A DNA stretch of 64,000 nucleotides from Tubiluchus corallicola (lineage: Eukaryota; Animalia; Priapulida), in the NCBI GenBank assembly GCA_030141605.1, contig JAQGDQ010000274.1, positions 1-64,000 on the forward strand. Reading direction: 5' to 3'. Positions 62,637-64,000 of the stretch are shown one piece after another. The notes below the pieces were generated by a model. It searched no databases, was not told the origin of the DNA, and saw only the letters and a list, made by a program, of their open reading frames with translations. Both the position numbers and the translations under genes were made by a program. Positions within the stretch are counted from its first letter, which is position 1. Each line of letters opens with the position of its first letter.

Positions 62637-63190
62637 AGGAAAACCTGACGATTGTGGAGACTTAATGTCATTTTAATTTACTGTCCAAGATATACATTTT
62701 CTTGCCTATAAAAGTTAACAACTGTTTCTTATATTTGAATAATTAGCTTGGAAAGTTAATTAACGGCAACCGAACACAGCTATTGCTTACGACAGAAACT
62801 AACCACAGTTTGTGCAATGGCAGGCGTCTTCCCTTGCTCGTCTTTGCACGTTTGCATAAGTGTTACTGCTTAAATGCATGATGTCACGAAAATGGGCCGT
62901 ACATCATATGACATCAGAAACTAACACAGCAGTTCATGATCATGGTTGTCACGGTACTGTCTTCTATTTGTCAGCCATGCGAATGTGACAAAAAGGTGCC
63001 ACTGCCAATCTTGGTAGATTCACTGAGCCGCACGTAGCTTTGAAAGTTTAATGAAATTTGAGTATCCGAGGTAATTATTATTTAATCTAAGCTATGATTT
63101 AAAAAAGCTATTGTAGCTTTCGACATGCTATTAAAGCTTTAGAGCAATTTTTATTCTGAACTAATGTTTACACAATCGTCCAATTTCCCT
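62637..63190 (-). mobile_element. Kolobok-like MITE family B, copy 3
   Basis: TTAA-AGGAAAACCTGACGATTG ... CAATCGTCCAATTTCCCT-TTAA. Confidence 0.8.
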
Positions 63191-63629
63191 TTAAAGAAAC
63201 TGCGTGTCTGCAAATTTCTTTTTATGTAATTTGTTAATTAATTCATTTCTTTTGTTCTCCATTTTTATATGTAAATATACGAGTAGTTTGATTACACAAT
63301 ATTAGTTAATTAGGTTTTGTAATTAGCATTCTTTTTAATGAAATCCATATTTACATTTATAACACTACCGGGAAATTGCGCACAGGTCATGCAATCATGT
63401 GAACAGACTGGAAAATGTGTATGGAAGCTGACTTTTAGTTATTTTATGTGCACGTGGCTTTACTCTAATCCAAATAAACATTACAGCTGTTGCGAAACAC
63501 AAAACTCTAAGCATTTCAAAGTTCTTTCATTCACTTTTATGGCATGTAATGAAAAAATCAATTATTTCTCATTAACCTTGTCTTCATTTTAAGGCACTTA
63601 CTGGAATAACGTTGCCCCCTTTTATCTAG

Positions 63630-64000
63630 AGCATGGGTTCCAAATCTTCAGGTCGTAGCCGCATTTGGGGTCGCCAAAAACACTTTTCGTGTGGTCGCGG
63701 GCTAGTCCAAAAACTATTTTTAAAAAATGCTGTTTTCATCTGATGTATGTAAGTAGATCTTGTTTCCTCAGTCTCTCATTACATCATTTTGTTCTGGAAA
63801 GTAAAACTGGGTTTTCCCACTCTAAATGCGGTGTACGAGTGCTTGATTTTCCAGGAAAATGGCGTTTTTCCATGTTGTACATTTGTGTACAGTGTAGACG
63901 GCCCGAAAGTGTGGCTCTATTCATTTTATCTTGGATATCTATTGCTTGTGCATTACTGGTCAATGAGAAATAGGCGCGACTATCACATTAATGAATTAAT
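63630..64000 (+). mobile_element. hAT MITE family I, cut by window end
   Basis: Colinear with about 55740-56110. Confidence 0.75.

Overview
AT-rich genomic DNA from an invertebrate animal (spliceosomal introns, dense short transposons); no prokaryotic features. By-eye splicing gives two complete, frame-consistent genes arranged head-to-head: MRPL38 on the - strand (9 coding exons, 22438 to 6624, about 414 aa) and EDC4/Ge-1 on the + strand (about 29 coding exons, about 24115 to 61211, about 1255 aa; first exon uncertain). Introns carry repeated non-autonomous DNA transposons (Tc1/pogo-, hAT-, Kolobok- and Harbinger-like), LINE remnants, a solo LTR, minisatellites and two copies of a 5S rRNA-headed SINE. 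The most unusual signals are: (1) a five-unit 112-bp array that multiplies an EDC4 splice acceptor plus the first 16 exon nt; (2) a GC splice donor that is itself tandemly duplicated; (3) a duplicated EDC4 stop-codon region; (4) a likely U12 minor-spliceosome intron; (5) the 5S-derived SINE; (6) a CCA-bearing tRNA-Leu 3' half. All calls are manual, without database searches.
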